Assembly (NCBI GenBank): GCA_973895155.1 | Contig: OZ316896.1 | Span: forward strand, 6,004,166-6,068,165 | Source: Marsupella aquatica | Lineage: Eukaryota > Plantae > Marchantiophyta | Direction: 5' to 3' | Length of the DNA stretch: 64,000 nt | Shown here: positions 50,436-64,000 of the stretch, piece after piece | Numbering within the stretch: position 1 is the stretch's first letter | Layout: each line of letters starts with the position of its first letter | Program-made: the position numbers and the translations under genes | The notes under the pieces: generated by a model | The model's input: only the letters and a program-made list of their open reading frames with translations | What the model was told of the DNA's origin: nothing | The model's database searches: none

Positions 50436-52341
50436 CGTCTTGTCGCCCATAATTTGTATGTCATCCAGTTTGTAGCATGATTTATTGTCTGCTCTATTAG
50501 CAATAGTTACAGCCTATGAGGATCTGACAACTTGAGTGGCTTCACTGCAGTGACCACTAGTGTTAACTGCCGTAAATCAGGTCCAGATATCAACGCCGTT
50601 TGGGCATACCTGTATTTCTGCCTTGTGTATTATAGACTGCTGGGATGTGGATGCCCTGGGGCTGGTATTATTCATCTACAAGCGGCCGAAAATTCACTTC
50701 CGGCGGCCGGTCGTGTATGGAAGGCATCTGGCAACGTTTGTAGACCTAGTTTTAACCTATCATTAGTCAATCGATTGAAGTTTAAAGAATAAATGCTGCG
50801 TATAATCATCAATGCCTGTTGCCCAAATTGCACCGTCTTATTGGGTCGTTTTTGATTGGATTTGATGGCTACAAATGCGTGATAACATTATCATACCACT
50901 TCAATTAAATGTTGTGTGTCAGGTATGTGTACACACCGTTCACTCACACACATCATAACGTGGGTCGATCTTTTCGTTTTCAAAGAACTGTTTCAGTGGA
51001 ATCTAGTCGGGTGAACACCAACTATTGTGCAGTGGCGAGCAAAGAATGAACAGACTCATCTGTACTCTTAGCTCACATATGCAATCTGCGGTTTGTTCAA
51101 CAATGCACGTCTTGTTGCTCTGGCATCACAGAAGCGCACACATCCGTCTGCTTACAGTCCTGAACTTACACTCAACATACTTTCTGTAGAAGATTGAACT
51201 GACGAAGGGCTTTTAGGTTTGAGCTAAAACCTAAAATGCAAAAATCCCATCAGGGTCCCAGTTGCAAATAACGTGATTTCATCTTGCCACTTCCATACTT
51301 TGGAACAGCGCATAGTAGGTTTGCACACCAAGAACTTCTTTGACAAATTGCAACCCACTTCTCTAAAAGATTTGAGTCACACATCTGTTCCAAAATTATG
51401 ATGTCCAAATTGATGATCGTTGTATTGTGGACGATGGGTCAAGAAAATTTTGACACACAAAAGCAAAAAAACGTATTACACAAAGAACAGATATCATTTG
51501 AGTTAACAAGATTTGACTTTCCATTCAAGCATCTTGTCAAACCTTGTGGCCTATGACGGCTTCAAGTTCTGTGTTGCACTATCACAAAGATTTCACAAGC
51601 TACCTGTAAAACCATGAACAGAAAGTAAGTTTTCTGGATAACTAATTTGAAACTTAATCCTAATTGATCCTATATAAAGCACCTCAAATGCTTCCTTCAA
51701 AAACACGAAAGTCATTTTTGAACTCAAGTTCCGATCAACCCATCAGACAACATCTTCCCTTTATATGATTGCCAGTGTTTGATCAATCAAAGTCCCGAGG
51801 TCAAAGATGTGGTAAATACATAAATCGAGCCTAAGTTCCACCTAAATGAGTAAGATTTTGTTCTTGCATCAACTTCCACCTAAATAATTGAGATTTTGTT
51901 TACTGCAGGTAGCTGGTATTTCCTGTGACAGGTACTACAAATTTCAATTTTGGCCACGAATTCTTTTGGTTTTGCCCTAATTTGGTTTTAAAATCCTAAG
52001 CTACACATAAGAATGTTCATGCAAAAAGTGTTCTCTCTACTTGCATGAAGAATCTAAAATACGTGTATTATTCTAGTTTTTGGGTTGAATATCTGATGAG
52101 TTCCTTCCAGATCTGTTCATGGCAACCACATCAATCTGTCTTTGTGATCGATTTTCTTCCACATTGCTATGACTTGCTTCTAAATCCATATTTCTTTCTC
52201 ATCAATTCTACTTAGGTCTCCTTCTCTTCCTCATTGATTTACTGTTTCTCTTGCAACACATTCGGGTCGTATAAGTATGTGCTCTGATACGATCAAGTTT
52301 GATGCTTTGAGAGGGCCTGGAAGGAGGGGCTCTGAATTTGA

Positions 52342-52750
52342 CGAGGCATATATGAATTGCTTACAATGACATTCGAGTCTACGAGCTAGGCCCTATAAGC
52401 CTAGTTTGGACAGCGACAATGTGGTGCAAAGGATATGAGGCATACATGAATTGCTTTGCAATGATATTCGAATCTAGGAGCTAGGCCCTATAAGCCTAGC
52501 TTGGACAGCACCATCATACGGTGCAAAAGCTTCTCTAATAAGTCTTGGTCCAGATTCGTGCTCAGTGATTTAAACAGAATAATAAGGTTGATCATGATAC
52601 AGATTGACATAGTACATTTATATTATCACATTTTGATGTAAAATTACCAGAACTCATTTGTAATCCTTTTTTAATATTCCTATCTAGAATAAGATCACAT
52701 TACAATTACCAGTACTCGTTTTGAATCCCTTTTAAATCCTATCTAGAACA
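52342..52750. repeat. Two short tandem duplications (~95 bp and ~60-65 bp) in the intergenic 3' region
   Basis: gaggcata.atgaattgctt...gagctaggccctataagcctag.ttggacagc at 52342 and 52437; atcacatt...aattaccag.actc...cctatctagaa.aag twice in 52625-52752. Confidence 0.8.
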
Positions 52751-53861
52751 AGTCCAGTGAGATGGCTCAGCTAATTCTCAACACTGCCATCTCATATTAA
52801 GTAAAATGGTCAGTACATCAAGGCCATTCACTCATGATCTTTGTAGAAAACTCATTTGGGCGGTTGAAAAAGTACGTGGGAGGCATACAATTGGTGGAAA
52901 GTGGAAACGACTACCCTATGGCAACTGCAACCGGTAAAACAATGTTGCGATCAACTTCATGAAACTTCATAAAATGTATTCAATTGTTGAAGTCTTTTGC
53001 AGAGGAACTATTGGAGTAGGCGAATGAAGTGTGTAAAACGGTCCTGAGATATGTTTCTGGAGATATCTCATAGCTGGAGCAACTATTGTCAAAGCATGGT
53101 TCATGTACTGAAATTCTCAGGGAACATGCTGCTTGTAAGCTAATTTTTCTAGGCATATTATCAAAAGTGTCCAGACCCCTATCATCTTCCCCTCAACAAG
53201 TAGTCTGCAACTGGAGAGCTGGAATTTAAAGACGCACCACCCAACCAGTGAGTCCATTTTCACTGCTAGAACAAACAGAACGAAAAATGCCACTGCCATA
53301 CACAATAAGCCCAATGAAGCTAATGCGGAGTACAATCCAAAAGACTTCACATAGTTTCCAACGCCCCCCAACTTTTTGCTGATCCGACTGTTCCCCCATG
53401 CCAGTGCAGGTTATCTTTGCAATATTTGAATCGGGTAGTGTATTAATCGCAGACTACTTGAAGTAAAATTCAGTGGGTAAACAGATACTTCGGAGTTCAA
53501 TAAAGCAATCTAATCCTATCAAGTAGCCCACCAGACACATTGTCCGAATCTGACATGTACAAAGAAAAATCTGGGAACAACCTTGGCCTCCTGCAGTCTA
53601 CCTACTCTTAGAATCCTAGTGACAAGATATCTTTTGAACCATCTAAACTATTCCTGGCATCACCCCAAATTTATGACGCGGGTCGATAACCATGTTACCT
53701 TTCTCTCTACGACTGGATATCGGTCAGCAACGTCCATGGGTCACTGCCAAGCAGTGAGAATCTTGCACGGAGCAAATTTACTTGAAACCTCAAAATTTTA
53801 CAGGAAGACTTCTCGATTGTCTTCAAGAGGTCGTTACAGAGAAGGACCAGCACAGATGTTC

Positions 53862-56800
53862 TCAGGATTGGTCTGACCTTGCAGCTGCTTGCAAGTCCTC
53901 GGAAAGCGGATGTGTCAAACGCCAGCCCCGTGATAACTCAGCCTTGGAGCTATGATAAAGGACCTGTCCACAACGAAAGACGTACTAGTGGGCATCATAA
54001 TAAATTAACTTCCCGGACCATACCAGATAACTCCGCTACTGGTCTTACAATTGTCACTAGACGCTTTCCTCATGCAAACTTCACAACATCTCAATCAATG
54101 TGCAAGATTGCAGACAACAAAGAATTGTAAACAAAAACCATTCATCAATTGCACGTTTTAACATAGGGCGTCCAAATTCTACTTACCACTTTTTGATCGT
54201 CTCCCCCGCTACAAATGAGCTGGTCGTTTGTAGATACTACCACCTGGAAAAAATTGAGAAGCTTTTCATAACTCGAGTCTTTCTAAAAAGATTCCGCGTT
54301 GCCTGAAACTGTATTCCTCTAAAAACTATCTTGATACGTCATTTTGAGCAGCAGGACAAATTTGAGGCATAAAAGCTGTACTGTAGCGCATACCAGTGAC
54401 ATGAAGAGACAGTGTTCAGAAAGGATCTCACCGTATTAATACATCGAGAATGACTTGAGAGAAGTCTAAGACATGGCTGTCCCAACGTGACATCCCAGAT
54501 GGCAACACTGCACATGACATCGTCCAGCTTAATACACAACATCTTTCGACATAAGCAGCCAATGCTTGTAAACAAATGAGGCAAAGCTTTACGGCCTAAA
54601 ACGCAACACCTCATTGACAACAATAGTGGTTCCCATTGAGAATGCATAGTAAATGGTGTTGGCCAAAGTAACTTGTTCTTCAAAGATGGTTTTAATCTTG
54701 GGATAAGGCAGGTTCACTTTGTTTAATGTTACTAACTCCTCATTTGTAATCCTCGAGCAAAATCTCACCTGCCATTGCCACTAGCTGTGACCAAAACAGG
54801 CGCACTTTGACACCATCGAGCATCGTTCACCCCCCCATCACCCTCGTCCACAAAGCTATAAATGCAGAAGACAGTCATTAGGTAGGTCATCAGCCTCTAG
54901 GTGCTGTAATACAGCTCTTGAGAGTCTGACCTAAATCAGTATTTGTAATCTTTCAATAACAACGTATACTGACGGCAATGACAATTCTCTGACAAGACTT
55001 TTGGGACGATGTAACTTAACCTGTGAGTACAACACCACAAAAATTTCTCAGCTTGTTAACAGTAATGAAAAGCAAACAAAGAAAATTCAAAAGCATTTAC
55101 GTACCCAGGCAACTGTCCTGCATTTTGAGTAGTTGGCATGGGATTGCCATGACTTAGACAATGAAGTGGTCTGCTTGAACGAGAATTCAACTTTGAAACC
55201 GCGACAGGTCGCTCTTTTGTCATTAATCCAGGTTCCATTGGCATCATTCGCGTGTCCCAGACAAGTGTATGGTTTGCAGTACTAGATGAATGGAAGTAAG
55301 TACCACAGGCACTAAAGGCCACTGAAGTAGCCTGTAAGAACCACACGCCACTTCTAAGCGATGTGATCTATCCCTTCTACTGTCAGAAAAACATTACAAG
55401 GTAACCCAAGTGGATTACGTTGATCCCAAATTCTTTAACATGCAGCAATTTTCATTCAAAGTTCTTTCAAATACTCCCATTACAGCGACAAGCAAACTCT
55501 TAAAGAGATCGCAGCAAATGTTTGAAAGACAAAAGCGTAAAAACTGGTGAACAACTAGATGAATAAATATTCAATGACGAAAACACACACGAACCTCACT
55601 TTTCAGGCCTAGTGGTAAGCGGGCAATGGCACCACCAGTTCTAACGTCAAACAACCCCACACTGCCATCACCAGCACCTGTTGTAGGCAAATTTTCGACC
55701 CAACCGTGAGGTGCTACATATTTGTACTATCCCTAGTCATTCGACTCAAGAATGCTAAGTTTGCTTGATTAAGCAGGAAACTCAAGTATCCAATCCTGAC
55801 AAAGTGAAACCAGCAGAATTTTGTTGGATGTGACTAAAGAGAATACCCCTTAAGACGCTTGCATCCCTTATTCCCACATTTTATAAAAGAGGGTCGACTT
55901 CCTATCAAATGGCTATTAGCGACATTCACCAGAATCGTTCAGTTTTACAAGGCCAGTCACCATCTGAACAACATGTTTGTTTAAAACCTCGGCTATCTCC
56001 CCTTAGAAAGAGGTAATCTACCTCAGCACCTGCTTAGGAAAGAAGAGTCTCCACTCATCAGCAGGAAGAGGAATACCTGTAATGATTGTGAAGCCTTGTG
56101 GATCGGTGTTCAAACAAGTGATGTACTGCAACACAAATAACTCGTCAAAACTGGGCTGGTTGTTTCTTTCCTAACAAGTGACTGCAATAAATGATAGGTC
56201 AGACTTTATACATTCTTGTGGTTCCAGCTACTCTCGTGAAAAGGAGTACCTCAACTATTCTACGTGAGGTTTGTACAGTCGGGGCCACTGCAAAAAAATC
56301 CCAAAGCCGTAAAAATAAGGGCTTACTGAGTCACTGGCAGGGAAGGTCATGAGATCTTTAATAGCTTCAACATCCCAAATCTGCACCACAGCAGGGTGGG
56401 AACCTGCTGAGTCACTCCCGCAAATAAGTAGATTGTGATGGCAGAACTTGAGAGCATCCATCGACTGCAAATGAGAACTCCTTTGTCTGCAACACAATCA
56501 ATGATTCTCCAAGGTTAGAAACCCAGTAGCTCAGATCCCAGATATGCCTTCGAACAAAGGATAGAGCATATTCTCCCAAATACGATACAACTGGCCTTCA
56601 GAAATATTTAAGTCGTAATGAATCCTCTATACTATTAAATTGGCGGAAGCATTTACGTCACTGAGGTGCTTCTAATGTGTACTCGCCTGATCTCCCCATT
56701 CAGATCAGAGGCAAGCTCTCCGGTGCGAACATTCCACAGGAGTATCTCACTTTCACCCTCCCCGCCACTTGTTGCCACAAGCCCTGCTGTTGAGACCACA

Positions 56801-59800
56801 TTTCTTGGGTTACGACGAGGACTGAAAATAAAATGTGTAGCAAATCTATCAAGATGATATAAACAGATATTATTGACATCCTACTTCCACTTTCGTCTTG
56901 CGCATCCCTTGACTTTACCGTCTAGCTCTTAACTTCTGGTCATTTATGAGTGGTGTCACAGGAGACGGTTGAAAAACAAATGCACTTCCTCATTTTCGAA
57001 TTAATGCTCTAACGTGAGACCATGTCACACTCACCACCTAAATTCAGGTTTTCAAAAAGAGCTTGGCGTATTTGGGATAAGAACCTAGATCCGCTCAAGT
57101 TGGGATATGCAGCATACAAGACGGCAAAAAAATCCGACTGTTTTAGCACTGACATAAATTACTACTGCATCAGATACACAATACCCTTGGTATTATGAGT
57201 AGAATTCATACAAGATTGCAACTGGTGCACAGCCATAGCACTTATTTTCTTCTTATGGCCAGATGCGCCCTCATTCTCCACGGGTCCCATTGTGTGTAGA
57301 CATGTTCCCGATGCTGAATCCCAGACCTGTCAATATATATTACAATTTCAATAACATCGTGTGGTGTTAAAACAATCATACTCGAGTCTTGCTATCAATT
57401 GTTGAGCAATAACAGGGGTAGGCAGAAAATTCTCCAAAGAACACCTGAACCCTTACTTTGAGGATGTTGGTGCCACATGAAATGATGCGCTCTCCATCTA
57501 GTGCATATTCCACAGCTTGTATCTGAGAAACAATATAAGAGCCAACTTCATGAAGGTTTCAAAAAGATATCTTTATGTGTTATGTCATTGTGATGTCCCC
57601 ATACATCTTAGATCTCCTCGCCAGCCAAAAGCTACAGCTGCAGACCTGGACTAGTAATGTAGCTGCGTCTCATAGTTGTCTGCCAGATTAACTGTGTATG
57701 CAACCAACTGTATCAATGCAATTTGATGGATGAGAAGGAATGAGGACGGTCCCAACAGCTGAACCTAACTTGCTGGGCCGAATGGACACAGTGAGGACGA
57801 ATACAACGTTCCTAAAATGTCAAGTACAATGCCAAGTACAATGCCAATACTGAATAGTCTCCTGAACAAGAAGTGGGCAGGCTGGAGTAAAGACCTGACA
57901 GTTGTGTCCTGGAAGTTCTCGCGCCCTACCAGTCATCAAATTGTAAAGAAGAAGTTCATTTGGTGCCTGCACAATGGGGTCAAAACATTCTAATCCTTAA
58001 AAGCGCCGATCAACCAAGCCAACACAGTGCAATAGGATGTACCTAAAAAACTACCCAAATCCATATAGAGATCTGATTCTTCACCGATAAGCTTGAGGAT
58101 TACGAAAATTCAAAACAACGGACAGAGCCTTACAGCATTGCAGCTGCACACAAGTTGTGGTAAACCACCGGGATGCAGTCGTAGATCTAAGACCTTCTGC
58201 ACTCCTTGCTGGACATAAGGTTACGCACCACAACTTTAGTCAAAAAACGAAAACAGCCAAGTATTCCCTATCGGCAGGAAATGTCAAAATTTGAAGTTGT
58301 TTGAAATTACACTTTCTCCGATGGATAATATTGCCAACGAAAGAAATAGCCACCATGCAGAAGCCCCATCTCGTTAAGATACAGGTTAGAAACCTTACAT
58401 CCACGCCGCCCAAAGGTGCTAGGGCCACACTGGAAGTGTACGCACACCAACTTGCAGACCAAGTGCTGTAAGCCTGCTGCTGCAGCCAACTTACGGGTCC
58501 TTTGAACTGATTGTCTAACGAACTCCAACCTGTAAACCAAGGGTCAAAGTATGGATTAAATAAGGACATCCAATTCCTCAAACAAAATAATTCGAGATTA
58601 CAGTGGGAATAACTGAGACTAAAGGAATGCATAACATCAAATCGTTTGTGGACGGCATATCAGTACAAGTACAGAAAAGCGTAGGGCTGCTACTCCAATC
58701 AATTCCAATCTTAGAGCTAAAACCTCCAACATTCTCCTTGCCAATGAAGTTGATTGGAAGTTCAAATCAATTCCACAGCTCTCCCTCTGTGCTAACTTTA
58801 CAGCCGCCAACTTACTAAACCTAAATGACCAAATGCTTTAGCTTGAGGTTTGGCAATCCGTACCCCCAACAAAGGATGTCCATTGCCGCCCATGGCTTCC
58901 TACGTCCTGTGGTCGAAATGCAACAGTCCCAGAATTGCCACCCATTTCTCGCTCCACAAGGCATTTGAAGATGCTCGTTTCTTTATTCGAGATTGCAGCC
59001 CCATCCTGACTGTTTCCTTGGGTTCGTTCACTAATTTTGTCCCTTCCATTGCTTGTGGACAACCCAGGATCCATACCTACGTTTAGTCGATGCAAATAGA
59101 ACAGAGCATGTCAGAGCTCAATGAACAAGCTAGGGAATTGTGATAGAACGGCATAGCAGGAAGCCATAGTCAGGTAAACTGCAATGCTGTGGCTCAATCG
59201 CATGCAGGTACGCTGTATCCTAGGGCCTATTGTATGAAAGACAATTCTGCAGGCAAAATTTCTCTCACGTATTTGCCATTACAGTCAAATGTAAAACTTG
59301 TCCATGAAAGACCCTAACTTCCCAACGCTGCTACCGAGCTTATGTAATGCTAAACTATGCCCTTGAGCACAAGGATGGAATGTCATAGCGTTCTCCTTTC
59401 TTGATACAGTTTCAAATCCATCGTCTTTTACATAGACCTGCTGCCGTTATGAAGATGGAGGGATCACTTAAATGAGCACTTAAGCGCATATTAGCCATTC
59501 ATATCTTATTTCCACTTAGTAACAAAGTAGTTCAGATGAAAGGATGATAAAGACCTGAACACGCTTCGCTGAAAGACCAAGCGAAGACTGCAACTGGATC
59601 TCTGGCTCTTGGTCCACTAGTTCCTGGTTGAGATTGTGGCGAAGCTTCAGGGAGATTATCTACCCTTACTGTTCGCTCCTTTCGTAGTTCTTTAAAATTC
59701 GAGAGAAGATCAACAAGTTCTTGGTGCAAAGCGGCAAGTCTGCCATCAACAGCCAGTAAAACAATATTTCAAGATTTTAAACCGCACATCTCTTCATTTC

Positions 59801-62124
59801 AAAACCATTTTATCTGAGCAAGCAACTCAATGTCTTTCAATCTGAACTTTCAAAATTTGCGTACTACAGAGAATGAGCAATACCGGACTGAAAGACATGA
59901 ATTTGCAAGAAATAACATTAACTTATTAACTTTGAATGTGATACCTTGAATGAGGTATGTACTGCTGTGATACAAGGCTGCTTAGAGATCTTCTAACATT
60001 TTTATTCCCTACCAAATATAGATTGAGCATATATTACTCGGCAGGGATGGAGGCTCTCATTTTCTGCCTTAATCTACATCATCCAAGACCGAATTTCCCA
60101 TCTCCCAAACCCCCATTTCTTGACTTTTTCTCGCCCCCTCTCACTATCTGTATTTATGTCCACGTTGAAGACACCTGTCTCAACCTCCACATTTCCTAAA
60201 ACCTGGTTGTGCTACTACCTGCGCCTTCTGTTAACTACCCGGACTATTGCCAGCATCTTCTTTCCATTTCATATCCAAACTAGAAATCGCAAGTTCTCGG
60301 ATGAATCGCAATCATGGGAACAACTCCTCTATGCACATGAACACTTACTTTATGCCAGATATACACACACAACAACTGACAACAAGGGAAGCGTTTTAGA
60401 ATACATGGTAGGTTCACCTACAGCTCAAATTTCCTTTGTGCTGCATTTTGGTCCATGCCAAGATAAGCTTCCATTACATCTGAAGACTGAGAGTCTGTGC
60501 TGCAAGAAACGGCAAACTCATCAAAAGATGCTTAGAAACATAGTCCACTGCGACGAGCCTTTATCATTGTGATACAGTAAACAGAATACCATTTTCGACA
60601 GGCATGAAGGAGCGATTGCTATCCCTATCTTACCTGATAGTTCATTGACAAGTTGTTTTCCTCTGTCAAGGACACCTCGGTTATCGTTACCTAGAATCGC
60701 TGATCTTGCGTGTCGGACGCCTGTTGATCCGGAAGCTTCATTCTTGATTACGCCCCACCTTCTTCTTTTCCGATTCCTCCTTACAACATTTGATTGAGCG
60801 CCCACATTACTTGGCTCTGTTGCCACCATCTTCTTATGAGACCTTTTCAGTCGTCCTTCAGGCAGTATTACTGCAGCTGCCAATTTCTCTTTCTGCACTT
60901 GTTTTAAACAAGCGTCCTTGTCCATCAGATTGTTCACTTGCATTTATAAACCATGCGTCCAAATGTCTTAAGTAAGACATTGACGACATTCTTACCGTAA
61001 TTGATGACAACCGTACATTTGGAAGCAGCTTTCCAAAGAAAAGATAGAAAACAAAACAAATTCCCTTTGGCACAAACTGCAGAACTATGGGTGTAAGAGT
61101 TGCTGGCAGTCAAATGTATAATAAACACGGCACTGAATAGAAATTTTGCAAAAGAGTAAGTAGGGAAAAAACTCCCCGCACCATTCCCTAGTGTGTACTC
61201 TACTGCAAATACGACAATATTTAGAATAGTTGTAACTTTTCACGCTAAGATAGTTGACTCGAAAGAGGAAATTACATTAACTTTGATCTTGTGGCTCTTT
61301 GCCCTTGGATCGTGGATCATTCGAGTATGGCACTTTTGAATGTAGTTGAAAATATGCTCGTTTGTGTGGTTCAAGCGCAGCTTTTGTCGAATTTCAGGAT
61401 GTGCTTCCAACCACTCTGTTATTTCTGTAGCTTTCACCACTTCTCGCTGATTCAAAGCCTCCAACCAAATATAAACTGGGCGCCATTTCTCGGTAATTGG
61501 CTTTCCGTTCCGTCGGCCCTTATTTCTGTGCATCACACTTGTCCCTGCCTGACCAGCAGCCGCTTCAGCTTTCTGTAAAGAAATCAATGCAGGAATATAT
61601 TGTTACGAAAGGAGTATGCGTAAGCGCAGAGAAGTGTGGAAAGCAATCTCATCTAACGGTACACGTAACAATTATTGTACCAAAAATGTTACTCGAAACC
61701 ACCAGACCCATCAAATATTTGCTCGTATCATTAAAAAAAAAGGTTTTAAGTGATTATGATAAACACTGTTCAGAAACACTTTCGAAATAACGGTATCAAC
61801 GCTAAAATGTGAGATTTGCCCGAGGAACAGGAGGAGCAGCCGAAGAGAGCATGAGACGAAGAGGAAATAAAAGATGGATTGAAAGATGAGGACCTGGCGT
61901 TCCATTTTCAGCGTCTTGAGCTCAGCTTGGAGGCGGCCGAAAATTTCGGTCCGGGGCGTCACCTTCAATTCTTGAGACAATCCATTTTGATTTCGTTCTA
62001 GCCAATTGTCCAAGTCGTTCTTCTCCAAAACGTGCTCGTAGGGCAGCGCACGGAGCCACTCCAAAGCTGCTTCCCACCCTCGCGATGACTTGTTGGTCTC
62101 CGCTGTTAGAAGAGCAGCGATCAT
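53862..62124 (-). CDS. WD40-repeat protein with a duplicated N-terminal helical module, ~19 exons
   Basis: GT-AG exons from the ATG at 62124 to TGA at 53862; the junctions I checked are phase-consistent. WD repeats: ELPGHNCQ|IQAVEY, KVWDSASG, ILLWNVRTG, VQIWDVE, VGLFDVRTG, LVWDTR, VAIWDV, CSGGDDQKV|VLY. N-terminal W..[AV]..WL.AL....V....[LI]..WLE repeats in exons 1 and 2. Confidence 0.88.
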
Positions 62125-63464
62125 CCTTCAGATGGATTCCCCCTACCAAAAGTTAGATAAATAAAGGCGTTGTTTAGCAGCCCAGTCCACATCGTCGCCA
62201 AAGAATTTAACGGACGGCAGCTCCGGAACCTACATTGCATTGCTACAGCAATTACAAAGAGCACATGGTATTAAATTTTGAGTTGTGGAAGCAACTCGTC
62301 GAATGACTCGAGTGGCGTTAAACAAACTGAATGTTGTAAGCAAATCGGTCGCCTCTTCGCAAATCTCCTAAGAGGAATTTGAGAGTTCAAGAAAGACTAC
62401 TGGACGATGAACTTAGTGTACGAAATTGCGCTTCGCTGCGCTCATCTGAACCCAGTATTACTTTTTCCTCCGCGGGGCCTTTTCTAGCAACTAATTTGGA
62501 AAAGAAAGATTAGCTCAGCCGATGATCCCTTCCTACCACTACGTCGAGAGCCTTCAGCGATATCCTCCGCTTCGTCACTTGACTAAACGAGATTCGCCGA
62601 GTTCAAGGTAGACTTTCCCCGTCAAATCTAATCATGAAGAGCTGCTGCCCACGGCCCAATACAGGTATTGTCAATCTGCATTCAAAACAAAACCCTCATT
62701 TGGGCACTGGACTCGTAAACTGCCATATACTTTCAAGAGACTTGTCAACCCGAAGAACCCCAATAGAAGGACGACAACGAGCGCAATGTCCTCACCTAAT
62801 GGTGACCAATGTAACGAAGGAAAACTCCAGGTCAACAGTCAGGCTACTAATTGGCTTTTTCCGCAACTTCACAGATCGCTCAGCTGCCGTGACAACAAAA
62901 TGCAACGAGAGAGTCACTTCAGTGATGAAGCTCTTCCATGATTTGTCTCCAGAGCAGCAGCTCACGCCCTGTGACAAGGCGTCTCTCACTGCGGACAGAC
63001 ACGAGTATTTTCTATGATAGGGCTCTGGAATAATCATCACACCCTCGTGAGCACAAACATACAGAACCTTTGTATGGAATCAATGATCTTCTCCTACTTA
63101 AATCTCCCCGTTTTATACCTTGAGCTATTGCGTGTCCCTGGTCAGGTCCCTCTTGTTTAACAAACACTCCAAGTCCTGATTTTGGTGTCCCATCATCCTC
63201 CTGTGTGCCAGCTTAATCTTTAAGGTTTTTAGCCCTGGGTGGCGAATATGTGTGTGATGGAGAAGCGGCTACTAATACTCTTTATATCTAGAATTGTTTT
63301 CTGATGGTTAGATCTCACTACATTAACTTTTAGTATGACCTTTCAGACTCTGGCCAGTGGGTGTGTGTCTAGGTGAGAAACTGGCTAATGGGAGAGAGAA
63401 ACCCTAATTTTGCCAAAAGTGGCAAAATATTTTGGAAAGGTGGAATGTAGCAAATTTTTGCCTA

Positions 63465-63668
63465 AAAAAATTAGGGTGTGCTTAAGTTCACCCAATAATT
63501 TGTTAGTTTTCACACCCATACCTCAAGTTAGTCTGATGTGGACAACATGATTGTTTGTGTCAGGCCAAAAAATTAGGGTGTGCTTAAGTTCACCCAATAA
63601 TTTGTTAGTTTTCACACCCATACCTCAAGTTAGTCTGATGTGGACAACATGATTGTTTGTGTCAGGCC
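63465..63668. repeat. Perfect 102-bp tandem duplication
   Basis: aaaaaattagggtgtgcttaagttcacc...gtttgtgtcaggcc occurs twice, at 63465-63566 and 63567-63668, with no visible differences. Confidence 0.95.
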
Positions 63669-64000
63669 ATACTCATGAGGACATGTGCCTAACTCAACAT
63701 GAGTTTACTTCTCTTACTCGTCTTGGGATGTACAAATGTACAAACCCACATATCTCAAGCCCAGCTTGCCTATCTCCCCTGACTAATCAATGATTGCAAT
63801 ACGTATAACTTTTGTAGTACTTCTGTCACCCAATTAGTTTGCTTATAAGGGCCTTCCGACTAAAGAGTGCCCTCATAATGAGTTTCATGAGGCCTTTATT
63901 TAGCTAAATTTAAATTTTGCTACTCTGAAACTAGTGAGATATATGCTTGATGGGTCCCCCGGTAAACCTTTCTTACCTGATGGGCCCCTAGGTAATTTTT

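Noticed and set aside
62634-63040. 127-aa (+) and 82-aa (-) ORFs upstream of the WD40 gene
   Set aside because: No recognisable domain or splice structure; probably promoter or leader sequence.

Overview
Eukaryotic land-plant genomic DNA, most likely a bryophyte (liverwort-like; inferred from the TE protein families and intron style). The first ~43 kb is a patchwork of decayed transposons. (i) 1-5.7 kb: a putative DNA transposon with a transposase-like ORF running off the left edge. Head-to-head with it lies a 4-exon gene for a ~1,070-aa protein joining a ParB/sulfiredoxin-like domain to a degenerate beta-class N4C/N6A DNA-methyltransferase fold. The non-coding parts of this element carry repeated GCTAGCGA-NN-TCGCTAGC palindromes. 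(ii) An internally deleted Bianca-type Ty1/copia element. (iii) Helitron-like non-autonomous elements built from an ~18-bp minisatellite. (iv) A copia LTR/integrase fragment. (v) A ~10-kb CACTA element with a SET-domain exon inside its transposase gene and TTAACGTCG motif clusters restricted to non-coding DNA. (vi) A pogo-like DDE element and its deletion derivative. (vii) A remnant of a retroelement-associated ORF. The last ~20 kb holds two apparently intact, convergent multi-exon host genes: an RBBP6/Mpe1/PQT3-type DWNN-zinc knuckle-RING E3 ligase (+) and a WD40 protein with a duplicated N-terminal helical module (-). The best candidate for an undescribed system is DNA transposons that carry their own DNA/chromatin-modifier-like cargo (ParB-MTase; SET) together with element-specific motif arrays, reminiscent of VANDAL/VANC anti-silencing. 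All domain calls are by-eye motif recognition, not database searches.
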